A stretch of 63,343 nucleotides of DNA, counting the filler, from Bacteroidales bacterium (GTDB lineage: Bacteria > Bacteroidota > Bacteroidia > Bacteroidales > CAIWKO01), in NCBI GenBank assembly GCA_035389045.1. It is 9 parts of 9 records of this genome, joined end to end, with 100 filler letters (N's around TTAATTAATTAA, not from the genome) between each part and the next. Parts side by side here need not be neighbours in the genome. Positions count along the whole stretch, not along the records: positions 59,378 to 63,343 come from DAOORA010000125.1; 8 more parts are not named here. One strand, 5' to 3'. Positions within the stretch are counted from its first letter, which is position 1. The number at the start of each line of letters is the position of its first letter. A program made the position numbers and the translations under genes. Below the pieces are notes generated by a model that did not search any database, was not told the origin of the DNA, and saw only the letters and a list, made by a program, of their open reading frames with translations. Below are positions 61,777-63,343 of this stretch, piece after piece.

Positions 61777-63198
61777 ATGAAAAAAATAATATGGCTGTTC
61801 CTGCTGTTAGTCAGCGTGGGAGCCATAAAGGCTTTTGCCCAGAGTTTTCCGATGAATGATAGTGATGCGGCGCTCAGGATACAGAAAGACATCTGCATCC
61901 TCGCAAACGATTCGATGTCTGGCAGGGAAACCGGAACCATCGGCGAATGGATCGCACGCAAATATATTGAAAAGAAGTTCAAGGAAACAGGGTTAAAACC
62001 ACTGTTCGACACTTCATATTTTCAGACATTTACGTATTCTGATTTGGATTTTGTCGGGCATGGAACGGCCATGGAGATAAACGGAAAAGAACTTCAGATT
62101 TATAAAGACTATTTTCCGATAGGTTTTTCTGTAAGCGATACAGTCAGTGGAAAGATGGTATTTGCCGGTACCGGTATCTTTTGCGATATTGCCGGCATCG
62201 ACGATTACCGGAATGTTGAAAACTTAAAAGGAAAGATAGCGGTTTTGGATCTCGCTGTCCCCGATGCACTGTTAAAAAACAAAAAAGTGGCAGATAGTAC
62301 ACAGAAAGTGGTGCGTGTCAAAAGGGCCATAAGTCATGGCGCCGTGGCGGTTATTTTTATTTCTTCCGATACTGGCTACGGGATGCCATCCAAAGATCCC
62401 AATTTTTATAAGGAGCGGGTTTCCGTTCCGGTTGTTTACGTTGTGAAAAAAGACCTTATCAATATCCATGCTCCCGGAAAAGCAACCATAATGACAGATA
62501 TAGGGCGCTCGGGACAACGGATGGCTCATAATGTAGGCGGCATTATTGATAACGGTGCGCCGTTTACCGTGGTCATAGGAGCTCATTACGACCATATAGG
62601 GCTGGGTTTTTTTGGTGCGCGTGATCCTGAAAATAACGAGGTGCATAACGGCGCCGATGATAATGCGAGCGGTGTCGCCGGTATGTTGGAGCTTGCCCGC
62701 CGGCTGAGCGTGTCGGATTTAAAAAAGAATAATTATATATTCCTTGCCTTTTCCGGTGAAGAAAAAGGCCTGATAGGATCATCAAGATTTATTGATGAAG
62801 GAGGTTATCCCAGGGATAAGTTAAATTATGTGATCAACCTGGATATGATTGGCCGGCTCGACAGTAAAAAACATATTAAAATTTATGGCTCCGGAACTTC
62901 GGATATGTGGGATGAAGCCATAAACAAAATTGATCTTTTAGGTATGGAGATTGAGAAAATAAAGACGGGCATTGGCGGGTCGGATCATACTTCGTTCAAT
63001 CAAAAAGAAATTCCGGCCATTTTTCTGCATACCGGCTTACACAGCGATTATCACAAGGCGGTGGATGATTGCGGACTGATCAATACCCCGGGGGCTAATG
63101 AAGTAGTAAAATTTGCTCACAACATCATCAATTATCTGGATGACAAGGGAAAGATAAAATTTAAGATTGCCACCCTGCTGGATGAGATTATAAAATGA
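61777..63198 (+). CDS. M28-family peptidase with PA domain
   Basis: GAHYDH, NGADDNASG, FSGEEKGLIGS, NLDMIG, SDH, DYH. Confidence 0.9.
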   Translation: MKKIIWLFLLLVSVGAIKAFAQSFPMNDSDAALRIQKDICILANDSMSGRETGTIGEWIARKYIEKKFKETGLKPLFDTSYFQTFTYSDLDFVGHGTAMEINGKELQIYKDYFPIGFSVSDTVSGKMVFAGTGIFCDIAGIDDYRNVENLKGKIAVLDLAVPDALLKNKKVADSTQKVVRVKRAISHGAVAVIFISSDTGYGMPSKDPNFYKERVSVPVVYVVKKDLINIHAPGKATIMTDIGRSGQRMAHNVGGIIDNGAPFTVVIGAHYDHIGLGFFGARDPENNEVHNGADDNASGVAGMLELARRLSVSDLKKNNYIFLAFSGEEKGLIGSSRFIDEGGYPRDKLNYVINLDMIGRLDSKKHIKIYGSGTSDMWDEAINKIDLLGMEIEKIKTGIGGSDHTSFNQKEIPAIFLHTGLHSDYHKAVDDCGLINTPGANEVVKFAHNIINYLDDKGKIKFKIATLLDEIIK

Positions 63199-63289
63199 GT
63201 GTGGGCATTTTAACGATACGGTGGTTCAGATAAAAGGAATTTTTACAAAACCATAAAGAAACAGACCGTTGCAAGCGCCCTCAACCGAA

Positions 63290-63343
63290 TAAGAAATTGT
63301 TTTGATTTTATCTTTTCATATCTTTATGCGTCTTTTTTGCTGC
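63290..63343. mobile_element. Third (inverted, partial) copy of the 18382-18545 MITE
   Basis: Reverse complement of 16581-16632 plus two further bases. Confidence 0.75.

Overview
This window is nine metagenome-type contigs joined by eight 100-nt N/TTAATTAATTAA linkers. The internal contigs decrease in length, so adjacency across gaps has no biological meaning. The organism is a Bacteroidota member: seven T9SS type-A sorting domains, TAnnTTTG promoters, sprT-manC and ubiA-maf gene pairs. Content includes housekeeping genes (AddA-like helicase-nuclease, riboflavin synthase, MtgA, split transketolase, Maf, ABC-F, ManC, M49 and M28 peptidases), many secreted proteins, two type II TA modules, AAA_14/DUF4143 ATPases, a RAYT with REPs, several REP/MITE families and IS ends at contig breaks. 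The standout is an intact archaeal-type gatE-gatD pair (Glu-tRNA(Gln) amidotransferase GatDE) on a clearly Bacteroidota contig, while the tRNA-Gln(CUG) in the same bin has a bacterial U1-A72 first pair. Secondary leads are attC-like cassette boundaries, palindromic direct repeats bracketing cargo genes, a 22-nt mini-hairpin nested in larger repeats, and tandem N-twitch radical SAM genes. All family calls come from motif recognition, not database searches.
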